From: Ascoidea asiatica JCM 7603 | Lineage: Eukaryota > Fungi > Ascomycota | Reading direction: 5' to 3' | Length of the DNA stretch: 64,000 bases | Assembly: GCA_001600695.1 (NCBI GenBank) | Contig: BCKQ01000001.1 | Coordinates: forward strand, 1,800,005 to 1,864,004 | In this document: positions 47,625 through 59,798 of the stretch, in pieces | Layout of the letters: each line of letters opens with the position of its first letter | Numbering within the stretch: the first letter of the stretch is position 1 | Notes under the pieces: generated by a model | Seen by the model: only the letters and a program-made list of their open reading frames with translations | Databases searched by the model: none | What the model was told of the DNA's origin: nothing | Program-made: the position numbers and the translations under genes

Positions 47625-48919
47625 TTTTTTTTATTTTTTTTTAAGTTATATTTATTTAATTTATAAATGAAAATAATAAATATAAGAGAAACAAAGAATT
47701 TTTGAAAATAAAAACATATTTATTTATATTTATATGATTATTAATTATAAGATTCTATTTCAATTATTATCTATAATGTTTTTTTAATTTCAAATGTTTT
47801 AGGAAATAAAGTAATGTATGATCTAGAATAGTTAAAAATAAGATTTATAAATACAAAATATAATAAAAGTATTTTTATATATAATAGTTTATAAAAAGCA
47901 AATATTAAACATATTAAAAACTCAGAGAAAAGCAATCTAAATCTAAAACTGAGCAGTGATTTATTCATTAATGTTTATACTGTTTATGAAAGAGAATAAG
48001 CAAATTAGGAAGGACCCCTTTGAAACCAGTGATGTGGGTCTTGTTCAGACCCAGTCACGGGACTTAACGGAGGGTAACACTTTTCTAGTTTATTATTTTT
48101 CTTTTAGCGGGGCAGATCAGCCCCACGGAGCTGGAAAAGAAAGAAAACGAGCACAGCGCAAACAGCGCAAACAGCGAGAGAGGGGCTCTCCTGTGGCCTT
48201 CTGCTCGGAGTTTCTCCGGCCTGGGCCGCGCACCCCCTCGGCCTCGGTCGTGCGCAGTGTTGGAACTGGCAAAGGTGCCACCAGCCAAAACCTGTGTTCG
48301 GAGTTTGCTCATAACGCTATTTAAGTACTATTTTAATATATTACTACACAATATCACAATAACACAATAAGAAATTGTATGTCAAGGTGATGAAAAGAAA
48401 GAACAGAGAGTGACAAAGAAAGTAAACTATGGAGAGAGGTATTTCTTCTACTGAAGAAAGTCAGTTGAATGCAAAGTTGAATGCAAAAGACGTGGCTAAA
48501 GAATGATAAATGGATAGATATAACGAAATATGGAAACTGAGAAGGTAACACCAGAGAAAGAAACCACCGGACTGCGTGTTTCTTAACAACCAGAATCAAA
48601 AGTAGCTGGAATTCGTTTACTTTCTGAAATATTTCATTCAATAATCGAGATTCGGAACTGACCCGCAAAATAATTAATTATTGTTGTTATTGTCATTGAA
48701 GAGAAATGGTGAATTGATGAGTTAAAGTGGTGTTTGTAAATCTCAGATTATGGAATATGAAATGAGAAATGATATAAAATCAATCCAATTTCTCTTCTTT
48801 TATCATTTCTTTTATTGTTCATTTTCAATTGAAGTAAGACAGACTCAGGTAAAAAGAAAATATTATAATCACATATATTTACAATAAAGTTATAATAAGT
48901 TTTATAACTTAAACAAAAA

Positions 48920-49825
48920 ATGTCATATAGTGGTGATAGTATTGATAAAGTTGATAATATGAATAATTTTATAGAATCTCAAGATATAAATCTGAATAAA
49001 TCAAATTTAAAATCAATTAATAATGATAATGATAATGATTATATAAATTTAAATGGTAAAAGAATATTAAAAGATGATTTAATTGCTTCTTTAATATTAA
49101 AAGATAATTATAAATATTTATCTTTAAATAATAATATTAATCAAAATAATTCTTGTAATCATAATAATTGTAATGATACCAACAACAATAACAATAACAA
49201 TAATAATAATCAAATTCCAAAAGCAAATTATTTACCAATGGGTCTTGGTGTATTTGGAATAACTCTTTTTACTTTATCTTGTTCAAATGCTGGTTGTCTT
49301 GGTTTAGATATTGCAAATATTGCTGTACCTTTAGGATTCTTCTGTGGTGGATTTATATTATTTTTATCTGGTTTATTAGCTTTTTTTCAAGGTGATACTT
49401 TTACAAGTGCTTTATTTATACCATTTGGTGGTTTTTGGATATCATGGGCTTCAATTAATACATCTCAATTTGGTATAATTTCTGCTTATGGTAATGATAC
49501 AAATAAATTAAATAATGCCTTAGGTTTTTTTTTATTATCTTGGGCTTTATATTGTTTTTTATTATGGATTTGTACTTGGAAAGGTAGAATTGATTTTTTC
49601 ATACTTGTATTTTTATTATTTTTAACTTTAATTTTATTATCAATTGGTAATTTTAAAAATTCTTCTGGTTTAATAAAATCTGGTGGTATTGTTGGTATAA
49701 TTTTATCAATTGGTTCTTTTATTGTTTCTTATACTGAATTAAGTAATAATTCTAATTCTTATATTGTTTTAAATTATGGTACAATTCCATTAAAAAGAGT
49801 TAAAATTAAACAAGAACAAGTTTAA
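48920..49825 (+). CDS. GPR1/FUN34/YaaH (Ato/Ady2) acetate/ammonia transporter family
   Basis: ANYLPMGLGVFG (a variant of the NPAPLGL signature), FFCGG, GDTF...FGGFWISW, FGIISAY...LNNALGFFLLSW, KSGGIVGI; 6 TM. Confidence 0.9.
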   Translation: MSYSGDSIDKVDNMNNFIESQDINLNKSNLKSINNDNDNDYINLNGKRILKDDLIASLILKDNYKYLSLNNNINQNNSCNHNNCNDTNNNNNNNNNNQIPKANYLPMGLGVFGITLFTLSCSNAGCLGLDIANIAVPLGFFCGGFILFLSGLLAFFQGDTFTSALFIPFGGFWISWASINTSQFGIISAYGNDTNKLNNALGFFLLSWALYCFLLWICTWKGRIDFFILVFLLFLTLILLSIGNFKNSSGLIKSGGIVGIILSIGSFIVSYTELSNNSNSYIVLNYGTIPLKRVKIKQEQV

Positions 49826-50027
49826 AAAAATTTAAAAAAATTTAAATTATCAAAAATTATTTCAATTCTTCATTAAAAATTTATCTTATCTTATTTTACT
49901 TTTATTTTCTTTTTTATTTTAATTTTTATTTTAATTTTTATTTTCATTAATTCATATATACTTCAATTTAATTTACATACTACTTAATATTATAAAATGA
50001 TATAAATTTTTTTATATATAATTCAAA

Positions 50028-50187
50028 TTATGCATTTAATAAATCTTCAAATTCAGCAAAATCTTCATCATCTTCATCGTCATCTTCATCATCATCTTCA
50101 TCTTCTTCATTAGTATCTTGATTATTATTATTATTATTATTGCCATTACCATTAATTATATTATTTTCATTATTTCCATTTTCTTTA

Positions 50188-50222
<35 letters not shown>

Positions 50223-50348
50223 ATTTATATTTTCATTTTCATTATTAGTTTTTTGACTACTTGGTTCATTAATTAAATTTTCAATTTCTTCATCCAGATC
50301 CGCATTTTCTTTTTCTTTTAATTTTGCAAAATAATCTGATAATAAATC

Positions 50349-50383
<35 letters not shown>

Positions 50384-50795
50384 TATTATTATTATTATTA
50401 TTATTACTTGTATCCATAGTAATATTAGTTTCAAGAGTACTATTTGATTTTAATGATTGAACATTTGAAATTGAACTATCTAATGTTTCTGAATTACTTA
50501 TAGTTGTATTTGTAACTATTGAATTTGAATTATTAGAATTTGGTCTATTTAAAACATTTATACTTGAATTATCTTTATTATTATTATTATTATTATTATT
50601 AATATTATTAACATCAGAATTATTTATGATAATATTATTATTACTACTAACAACAGTTGAATATTGAGACCAAGCAGGTATAACATTATCAATTGCTTTT
50701 TGTCTTTTTCTTTCCATTTCTTCTTTTGCTTTCTTTTCTTCTTCTTCATTATCACCAGCTATATTAACATGTAAAGTAGTTGTAGATTTAAATTG

Positions 50796-50834
<39 letters not shown>

Positions 50835-51848
50835 TGAATTACTATTAGCAGAATTAGGTGGAGTTGATTTAATTTGATTTTGAATTGGAGTTGTATTATT
50901 TATAATTTGATTATCTTTATTTGTTTTTAAAGTTGTAATTGCATAAGCTGCAGTTGAATTTGATTGTGCAGGTATAATTCTTGATAATGCAGAACTAAAA
51001 TCATTATCAGGTATAAAAAATTCATCAATTTTTTTTAAATTTAAAATTATTGGATCAATTTGAAGCATTAATTTTGATAATTTTTCTTGTTTTAATTTTG
51101 ATTGAATTGAAGAATCATCATCAATTAAAAAATCACCACAAATATCACAAATAAATTCTTTTTTAAAATCATCAAATAATGTTGAAGCATCTAATAAATT
51201 TTTTTTATTTTTACATCTTGGACATATATAACCTTGAGTTAAATTATCTGTATTTAATTCAGTTTTTAAAGAATTTACCATTCTATTAATTTTAAATTTT
51301 ATTGAATCTAAAGCTTCAGAATGATGAATAAAATAATATGTTTTTGTAACATATCTTTGATAAAATTGAGGAGTTTTTTCTCTTTCATTTCCATTGGAAT
51401 TATTATTATTATTATTATTTGGAGTATTAGTATTTGGAGTATTATTGCTAGAGTTATTATTTGAATTATTATTGTTATTATTATTGTTGTACATGTTAGG
51501 AGTTCCTGGCTGAGGAGTTGAATTTCTACTTTTATCGTAATAGTTATTTGAATAACTATAGTTATTGTTATTATTATTACTATTGATATAGTTATTATTA
51601 TAATTATTTTGAACAGGTTCTCTTTGAGATACCATTGTCAACAATCTATCTTCACATAATTTTGTACACAACGCCTTTAGTTCTTTTTTCTGAAATGAAA
51701 GTAGATAAATTAAATCTTCTTCAGATAATACACTATGCAATAGTATTGCATCCAAAATTAGCACATATGGCTTTCCATAAAAGTTTCTAGATACATATCT
51801 TATTAATGAAGTTATCAATTTCTCAATTTGGTCATTATTGTTTGTCAT
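50028..51848 (-). CDS. TFA1: TFIIE large (alpha) subunit
   Basis: LIRYVSRNFY..PYVLILDAILLHSVLSEEDL, YYFIHH.EALDSIKFKI, zinc ribbon GYICPRC...FICDICG..LIDDDS, LMLQIDPII..LKKID, N..PAW, acidic C-terminus. Confidence 0.95.
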
Positions 51849-52316
51849 TTTTATGAATAGAGTACAATTTGATATGAAAATAATTTAAAGAAACCTGAAA
51901 ACAATGATTTCCCCTAGTTTTGAAACAGAACCAAATGAGACAGACTAGAGAGTGATTGAAGAGATTAATTAATAGAAACTTATTAATTGGATTAATAATA
52001 ATAATAAATAGTTATTGCTCTTTTTTGATGCTTTATTTTATCCTTCTTAGCGTTAAATAATTTTGTATATTGCCATCGGAAGAATAATTTCAAAAGATTA
52101 CGTAATTGCTGACAAAAATAAATATTTCAAAGCCAAAATGACGGATCTCTTTTTTTTCACTTTCCAAAGTTGTTCAAAACAAAACAAAACAAAACAAAAC
52201 AAAAGAAGAAGAAGAAGAAGAAGAAGACGAAGACGATGCTGAAAAGATGAAGAAGAAGATGAAGAAGATCAAATGAAATGACAACAAAGAGCAGATTGAA
52301 AAGAATTTAACTCCAA

Positions 52317-52601
52317 ATGACAACAATAATAATAATCTGTTCACTTTTCCTATACTACACCATTTGGGTATTTATTGTTCCTTTTCTTGACAAAGATAAT
52401 CCAATATTAGAGCTTTTTCCAAGTAAAGAAATTGCTATAAAGATACCAGTAGTTTTACTTATTCTTGGAACATTTGCAGTTGGTACTTTTGTTGGTATTG
52501 TTCTTATTCAGGAGTATTTCAGAGTAAATAAGTTGAAGAAAAATAAAGATTCTAACTTGGTATCTCATAAAAATGATTTCTCAAACAAGAAGCAAGATTA
52601 A
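52317..52601 (+). CDS. DPM2: Dolichol-phosphate mannose synthase / GPI-GnT regulatory subunit Dpm2
   Basis: FLYYTIWVFIVPFLDKDNPILELFP...AIKIPVVLLILG...VGTFVGIVLI is the two-TM DPM2 signature (FxYY.xW...PF, FP, IP). Confidence 0.88.
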   Translation: MTTIIIICSLFLYYTIWVFIVPFLDKDNPILELFPSKEIAIKIPVVLLILGTFAVGTFVGIVLIQEYFRVNKLKKNKDSNLVSHKNDFSNKKQD

Positions 52602-53543
52602 GTTAAAAATACATAATTAAAAAACTGAAGAAAAATAGATAGATGTGTAATTGAACCCAAAAATAAAAACATACTTGAAAGTTGTGAGCAAATTGTAGGC
52701 TTATTGGTGATTTCTAAGTCATAAATTAGGGGATTTTTCTAACTTTTTTATTTAAAAAAAAACAGAAAACGAATAAAAAAAATTTTTGAACGAGGAAACA
52801 CTTTATTATGATCCAGAGTATTTATAGTAATTCTAAATTAATAAAAAAAAATAGAAAATAATAGTCTGAGTAGATAAATTTATTAAATACAGAACGATGT
52901 TTGAATAATGGTTCGAAAAAGAAAAAGGATAAATTGGAAGTAAGAATCTCCTGTTGTTGTAAAGACATCTTAGAGAATTAATCCATAAGTATTCATCCCC
53001 TACAGCTTAAATATCAAAAATAAAGTACAATAAGTCAAATTAGGATATGGAATTTAATTTTTTATGACATAATTGTTTATTATCAGACACGCTCAAAAAG
53101 ATCCCATATAAATGTCATCAAGAAAGTAATAGAGAAAATTTCAGATATTTAAAAATAATTTAAGAGTTATTACTGATTACGAACAAATGATAAAAGTTTT
53201 ATGAATGCAAGAATTTATTAATAAAAAAATTGAGGAATATAAGTAGTAATAATCTATTGAATTTGAATAATGAGTCAAAATAGACTGTAAAAAATAAAAA
53301 AAAAAGTATAAAAGCAGCATACCAATTGAACACTAAAAAAATTGGATTAGTTGATTAATAAAAAGATATTGAAAATAAAAAAAAAAGAATATGAAAACTG
53401 GAATTAAAATTAAGCATTAAAAGTTTTGAAATTAAGAAAATAAAATATCATGAGGAAATTAAGAGTAAAAAGAATGAAAGAAAACGAGATCATAATAATA
53501 GAAAAAAAAATTGTTAAAAAAAGTAAGTTAGTTTCATTAGTTA

Positions 53544-55271
53544 TTAGTTATTAGTACTATTATTATTTTCAAGATCTTTTCTATTACGTTTTCTTTCTTT
53601 TGATAATTCAATTGATTTTTTAATATTAAAACCATCAGTTAAAATTTCTTGAGTTTCTTCTAATTCTAAACCCGATAATTCAGGATATAAGAAATAAACA
53701 AAAATTGCAGAAACAAAAGATAGACCTGCAAAAAATGAAAAAGTTCCAGTTGGAGTTATATTTTCTAACATTGTTAAAAAAGTTGAAGATATAATTAATG
53801 AACCTGCCCAATTTACAGCAGTTGGATAAACAATTCCAACACCTCTAACAGATTGTGGAAATAATTCAGATTGTTGCCATGGTACATTACCAATACCAAT
53901 TGCATATGAAGCTGCAAACCAAATCATACTTATAATTACAACTATACCCCAACCAGAAATTGAATTTGAATTATTAATAACAGAATCATGATTTGAGAAT
54001 TTTATATTCATAAAATGAAATGCAACAGCACATAAAACTAAAGAACAAACCATCATTGGTAAACCAAGTAATAAAATTTTTCTTCTACCAACTCTATCAA
54101 TTATAAAAAAAGCAATTAAAGTGAAAATAAAATTTGTACCAGAAATAATAATTGAAACTGCAGTTGAATCTTTAAAACCAACAGTTTCAAAAACAGTACC
54201 ACTAAAATACATTAATGAATTCCAACCTGTGAATTGTTGAATACCTTGTAAACCACAAGCAATAATTAAACCTCTAAAATTTGATGGAATTTTATGAATT
54301 TGAATAATTGAATTAATAGTTTTTGAAATTATATTTTTACCAGAAATTGAATTATTAATTTTTGATAATTGATTAATTTTTGATTTAATTATTTTCTCAG
54401 AAGGATTTTTATAAATTTTAAATAAAACATTTTCAGCAGATTGTAATTTACCTTTTAAAATATAATATCTTGGAGTATCAGGTAAAAAAATTACAAAAAT
54501 AAATTGTAAAATTGTTGGAATTAAAGATAAACCAACTAAAATTCTCCAACCATTAACATGAATTAAACCAGCACCAATACCATAAGCAATTAATTGACCA
54601 CCAGTAATTGCAAGTACATTAACAATAACTAATCTACCTCTAAATTTAGAAGGAGCTAATTCAGAAATATATAAAGGAGCAATTAAAGAACCAAAACCAA
54701 CACCAAAACCCATTATTAATCTACCAATAATCATTGTCCAAACAGTTTGAGCAGCACATTGAATAATTGCACCAAGTACAAATAAAATATTTGAAAATAA
54801 CATTACTGGTTTTCTACCAAATAAATCAGCTAAAATTCCTGCAAATATACAACCAATTAAAGCACCTAAAGAAGTTGCAGCAGTAATTAATTCTTTTTGA
54901 CCATAAGTTAAAGTTTTATTATCAAGATCAGTACCAATTGCAACTAAAGCAGAAGATATATAACCAGTATCATAACCAAACATAAAACCAGATATTGAAG
55001 CAACTAAAGTTAAAATAATTACCATTTTTGAAGGAGTTTCATTATCTAAAGCTAATAATTCAGAATCATCATTATTACTATTATTATCAGAATCAACAGA
55101 ATCTATATCATTTATATTATCAATATCTTCTATTGATTTTGAATTTGATTTTATTTTATCTGATGGCGGTAATGAAGTTTGAGTATCTAATGAATGATTA
55201 CCTGAATCAGATGAAGAACGATGTAAGCCTTTAAACTTATCCAATATTCCAGTCATTTTGGAAATACTCAA
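53544..55271 (-). CDS. ITR1: Myo-inositol transporter (sugar porter family; ITR1/ITR2)
   Basis: [102 protein letters not shown]. Confidence 0.96.
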   Translation of the reverse strand: MSISKMTGILDKFKGLHRSSSDSGNHSLDTQTSLPPSDKIKSNSKSIEDIDNINDIDSVDSDNNSNNDDSELLALDNETPSKMVIILTLVASISGFMFGYDTGYISSALVAIGTDLDNKTLTYGQKELITAATSLGALIGCIFAGILADLFGRKPVMLFSNILFVLGAIIQCAAQTVWTMIIGRLIMGFGVGFGSLIAPLYISELAPSKFRGRLVIVNVLAITGGQLIAYGIGAGLIHVNGWRILVGLSLIPTILQFIFVIFLPDTPRYYILKGKLQSAENVLFKIYKNPSEKIIKSKINQLSKINNSISGKNIISKTINSIIQIHKIPSNFRGLIIACGLQGIQQFTGWNSLMYFSGTVFETVGFKDSTAVSIIISGTNFIFTLIAFFIIDRVGRRKILLLGLPMMVCSLVLCAVAFHFMNIKFSNHDSVINNSNSISGWGIVVIISMIWFAASYAIGIGNVPWQQSELFPQSVRGVGIVYPTAVNWAGSLIISSTFLTMLENITPTGTFSFFAGLSFVSAIFVYFLYPELSGLELEETQEILTDGFNIKKSIELSKERKRNRKDLENNNSTNN

Positions 55272-55334
55272 TAATAATAATAATAATAGTAATATATATC
55301 AGATTATAGTTTCAGTGTTATAAGTATTTGATAA

Positions 55335-55368
<34 letters not shown>

Positions 55369-55921
55369 TGTCTAGTTTAAATAATAAAGTAAATATACAA
55401 TAGAGTGAGTGAAATATTTATAATAGACAGATATGCAGAAATTCGATTAGTGAAAATAGTAAAAACTCCAAAAAAAAAGAAAGGAAATATTTCTGGATTT
55501 ATATAGTTTTAAATGATTGTACGAGATTAAAGATATTGATTTCTAAAATTGCCATTTTTGTATATCAAATGTTTAAATTGATATCAAAGAAAATACTAGA
55601 AAAAAAACAAAGGCCAATGCAAAAGCAAATGCAAATGGTCAATTTCGCCTTTATTTCATCGGAAAAATCGAAAGATACCCAAATAAATGCGGTCTGGCAG
55701 CAGCTGATTGGCTGAGGGGAGCTGGACTTACATCACAGCGAGCTTTGGCACAAGGGCCAAACTTCCGAAACGAGACGAGTTCTCGGCCAAACAGCGAAAG
55801 CAGAACAGACCACACACAGTTTTCTCCGGGAGTGCAGCGCAACACGCTCTGCGTGGGGCTCGGAAGGCCCAATTGGGACATCTTCAGCTTTCCCCGCCCC
55901 GAGCGCGGTGTGCTGCGAGAC

Positions 55922-56019
55922 CCGGGTAACACTGAAATGGAACTGGAATAGTCCTGTTTTGATTGGTTTTCTGTCCCTATTTTAAAAGTAAAGAAGACCC
56001 TGGTATCTGGCTTCACATG
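55922..56019. promoter_or_regulatory. Reb1-like CCGGGTAA (55922-55929) and UAS-INO/ICRE TTCACATG (56012-56019) in the ITR / RING-gene divergent promoter
   Basis: Exact core motifs. The ICRE lies upstream of an inositol transporter, as for S. cerevisiae ITR1. Confidence 0.55.
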
Positions 56020-56289
56020 ATAACGTGACCATAAAATAACAATCTAGATCTTAGAATCTTAGAATCTTAGAATCTTAGAGAAGGGCTCCAAGCAACAATG
56101 AGGATTTATAATAAACACATCTGGAGATATTAAAGAAAGGTATTTAATGATATTTATTTCTTCAGATACTAAAAAGAACTGGTAATTATTTAATATACTT
56201 TAATAATCAATTCAATTCAAAATCAACTGTCATTAGATTATCCAATACATTTAACTTCCTCATTGGTTTTAATTATTTTTTTCCAAATC

Positions 56290-58749
56290 ATGGATAGTAA
56301 TGATCCTAATACTGATCCAGACAAAGATTTCTTTCTGAAAGATAATAATGAAGATACTAATTTCATATATCCAATTGGTTTAGATATTCAAGATAATCAA
56401 AATCCAGAACTATCATTAAAAACAATTGATGAAAATCATTTATTATATATATCTGAGAGAAATAATTTAAAATTAAATTTAAATAAAAAAATTGGTTTAA
56501 ATATAGATAATTTAATTTGTTCAATTTGTCAAAAAATTTTAAATAATCCAATATTATTAAATTGTAATCATGTTTTTTGTAAAAAATGTTTAAATAAATT
56601 TTTAAAATTTAAGAAAAAAAAAATTTGTCCAATTGATAATTATCCTTTTAATTCTTTTAAAAAAATTCCATTATTATTAAATAATTTAATTAATGATTTA
56701 AAATTAAATTGTTATAATTATCAAAGAGGTTGTAATTGGTTAAATATTAAATCAAATTTAAATAATCATTTATTACATTCTTGTAATTTTACAAGAATAA
56801 TTTGTATTTGTAATAAATTTATTGAAAAAAGATTTATAAATTTAATTAATTATACTATTAATCTTAATAATAATAATAATAATAATAATAATATTAATAA
56901 TAGTAATGAAAATGAAAATGATAAGAATATTTTACTAGATAATTTAAATAATTTTATCTTAAATCAAAATAATCATACTTTCACTTTTAAAGATTTTCAA
57001 TTAAAGAATAATAAATGTTATCATAAATTATTTTTTCAATTATTTGATTTAAATTATAATGATTTTATTATATCTTTATACTCCAATATTAATAAAAATA
57101 CAAATATAAATAACAATACTCATAACCATAATCACATACATAATCATAAAAATAAAGATAAAGATAAAGATAAAGAAAAAGAAAAAGATAAGAATAAAAA
57201 TAGAGATAAAAATAAAGTGAAAATGAAAAGAGAATCTTTCAAATCTTTGAATCAAATAAATAATGAATTCAATAACTCTTCTATTACTCAATTAATTCAA
57301 AAAATTAAAGATTTTCAAAAACTTGAAAAGAATAACAATAATGATCATGATAATACAAATTCAAATTCAAATTCAAATTCAAATTCAAATTTAGAATTAA
57401 TTCAATGTTCAAATAAATATCTTGGTTGTAATTGGAAATTTAAATTATATGATACCTATTATCATAATCAATATTATAATATAAATAATGATTATCAGGA
57501 TAATAAAGAAATTTCAAATTCAAATAAAACAGACAAAGATTTAGATTTTAATATAAATAATGAAGAAAATAAAATAAATAAAGAGAATAACTTAGAATTA
57601 AATAATAAAAAGGATAATATAAAACTTCAAACTAATAAAATTATTAAAAATCATTTAAATAATCATTGTAAATATCAAAAATTAAATAATTTATTAAATA
57701 ATTCTCTTAATCAATTAATTAATTTAAATTCAAAATTAAATAATCAATTTGATAATAAAATTAATGAAAATGAAATTTTTTTAGAAAAAATGGAAGTTTT
57801 AAGAAATTTAGAAAATTCTAAAAGTGATAATGAACTTGAAGAAATTGAAGTAATTGAAGAATTTGAAGAATTTGAAGAATTAGATGAAATAATGAAATTT
57901 AATAATGATTTAATGAAATCTTTTTATTTTGAAAATTCAAATAATGATAATATAAGTAATATAAATTTTAATAATAGTAATGATAATGAGAATAGTGATT
58001 ATGATATAAGTGAAATGGAAAAATTAAAGAAAACATTAAATTTAAATTTAAATACAAATGTTAACTTGAATTCAACTACAAATAATAATAATAATAATAA
58101 TAATATAAAAAATTTTATATTAAATTATATGAATAATGATTATGAAATAAAAGATGATAATCTTGATGAATTTTTTAATAATTTATTTCAAGAAGAACTT
58201 TATTCACCAATAATTTTAAATAATAAATTAAAAGAATTATTTAAAGATTATATTTTTTTAATTAATAATTTTAAAAAATTAATTAAATTTAATTCAAATT
58301 TATTAATTAATAAAGATCAATTATCATTTTTAAATAATTTTCAAAATAATTTTATTAAAAATCAACAATTTAATAATTTAAATAAAAATTTTAAACTCAG
58401 TCAATTGAAAACAAATTTAAATAATAATAGTATAAATAGTGAAGAAGAAAATGAAAATGAAAATGAAAATGAAAATGAAACAAGTTCTTCAATATTTAGA
58501 AGTTCAAGTAGATTTAATTCAAGATTACCTTCAAATAGTTCTACAAGAACAAGTGATTCAATAAATAGTTCTGAGAGTAATTCGGAAACTAGTTCAACAA
58601 ATAGTTCTATTATAAGTAATTTTAGTGAAGATAATCTTAATAGTATTTTCACTGGAAATCATTATAAAAGTAATAATAATAATAATAATAATAATAATGA
58701 AAATCATAATGGAAAGTTTAATGGAAATAAAGTTAAAGTTAAATTATAA
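56290..58749 (+). CDS. C3HC4 RING + TRAF-type zinc finger protein (putative E3 ligase), Asn-rich; ATG start at 56290 preferred over TTG 56263
   Basis: RING: CSICQKILNNPILLNCNHVFCKKCL...CPID. TRAF-type fingers: LINDLKLNCYNYQRGCNW...LNNHL..SC and IQCSNKYLGCNW...NHL..HCKY. Confidence 0.85.
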   Translation: MDSNDPNTDPDKDFFLKDNNEDTNFIYPIGLDIQDNQNPELSLKTIDENHLLYISERNNLKLNLNKKIGLNIDNLICSICQKILNNPILLNCNHVFCKKCLNKFLKFKKKKICPIDNYPFNSFKKIPLLLNNLINDLKLNCYNYQRGCNWLNIKSNLNNHLLHSCNFTRIICICNKFIEKRFINLINYTINLNNNNNNNNNINNSNENENDKNILLDNLNNFILNQNNHTFTFKDFQLKNNKCYHKLFFQLFDLNYNDFIISLYSNINKNTNINNNTHNHNHIHNHKNKDKDKDKEKEKDKNKNRDKNKVKMKRESFKSLNQINNEFNNSSITQLIQKIKDFQKLEKNNNNDHDNTNSNSNSNSNSNLELIQCSNKYLGCNWKFKLYDTYYHNQYYNINNDYQDNKEISNSNKTDKDLDFNINNEENKINKENNLELNNKKDNIKLQTNKIIKNHLNNHCKYQKLNNLLNNSLNQLINLNSKLNNQFDNKINENEIFLEKMEVLRNLENSKSDNELEEIEVIEEFEEFEELDEIMKFNNDLMKSFYFENSNNDNISNINFNNSNDNENSDYDISEMEKLKKTLNLNLNTNVNLNSTTNNNNNNNNIKNFILNYMNNDYEIKDDNLDEFFNNLFQEELYSPIILNNKLKELFKDYIFLINNFKKLIKFNSNLLINKDQLSFLNNFQNNFIKNQQFNNLNKNFKLSQLKTNLNNNSINSEEENENENENENETSSSIFRSSSRFNSRLPSNSSTRTSDSINSSESNSETSSTNSSIISNFSEDNLNSIFTGNHYKSNNNNNNNNNENHNGKFNGNKVKVKL

Positions 58750-59749
58750 TTGTTTAGAATAAGAATAAAAATTTCTCTTATTTATTATTGAGATTTTACT
58801 CGAGTAAATTATATATAATTGTATATTTCATTTCATTTTAGTTTATTTTAGTTTTTTGTTTCATTTTTTCAACATATATTAAAGTTTTTGTAATATTTCG
58901 GCTAATTTTAAATTTTGAAAATAAAAGGTCTTTTTTTTTTAAAATATATTTGTGATTAACCCTTTTAATTTAAATAAATAAGCGTGTGGTGTTTGTAGAA
59001 GTTGAAAAAAATTAAAAAAAAAATGATTTACAAAAATATAAAAATATTAATTGTTCTTTTAATAGATTTAATCAAAAGGAGTATTAAAACTGAAATTATG
59101 AATGAAATTGTAAAGAGTTCAGTAGTTTTCTTTTAAATAGTTTTATTAATTGTATCATTTTGTATCATTTTATATCATTTTATATTAGTTTGTATTATTT
59201 TAAATGGGATTAAAAAAAAAAAAAAAGGATGAAATTTGACATACGATTATGTTCAATGAAATTGATAAAAAAATATTAATTATTAACAAGTTATTATTAT
59301 TATGGAAGTTAAATAAAATTTTTGGTAAAGAAATGATAAATTATTTTAAATTTCTTTCAAAATTTAGTCATTTTTTAAAACTTTTTAATTAATTGGATAA
59401 AATTTGAGTAAAAATTGAGTAAAATTTGAATAAAATGTGGTTAAAAAGGATAAGAAATTATTGAAAGTTATTAAAAGTGATTGAAAGTGAATGAAAATGA
59501 TAGAAACCGATAAAAAAAAAGGATAAATTTTGATAAAATTTTGATAAAAAATGACTCCTTTCATAATTTGAGAAATGTTTATATTAAAATTAGTGTTCCA
59601 TTGTTTAAATAATTAATCTGTTAGGTCAACAGATTCCCAATTCATGATTTTATTTTAAGATTACTTTAAGAATAAATGTTTAATATCTGGGTAAGTAACT
59701 AGCCAACTAACTAACTAGGTTAATATTTTGTAATTTGCAAATGATAATT

Positions 59750-59798
59750 GATAAATGATAAATGATAAATGATAAATGATAAATGATAAATGATAAAT
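59750..59798 (+). repeat. (GATAAAT)7 microsatellite
   Basis: Read directly; the reverse-complement array (ATTTATC)5 is at 61106-61140. Confidence 0.9.

Noticed and set aside
47956-48668. ORFs of 122, 75 and 104 aa between the orphan and ATO genes; likewise 55651-56016
   Set aside because: Mostly non-ATG starts, lying on GC-rich promoter patches where stop codons are scarce, with no homology cues.
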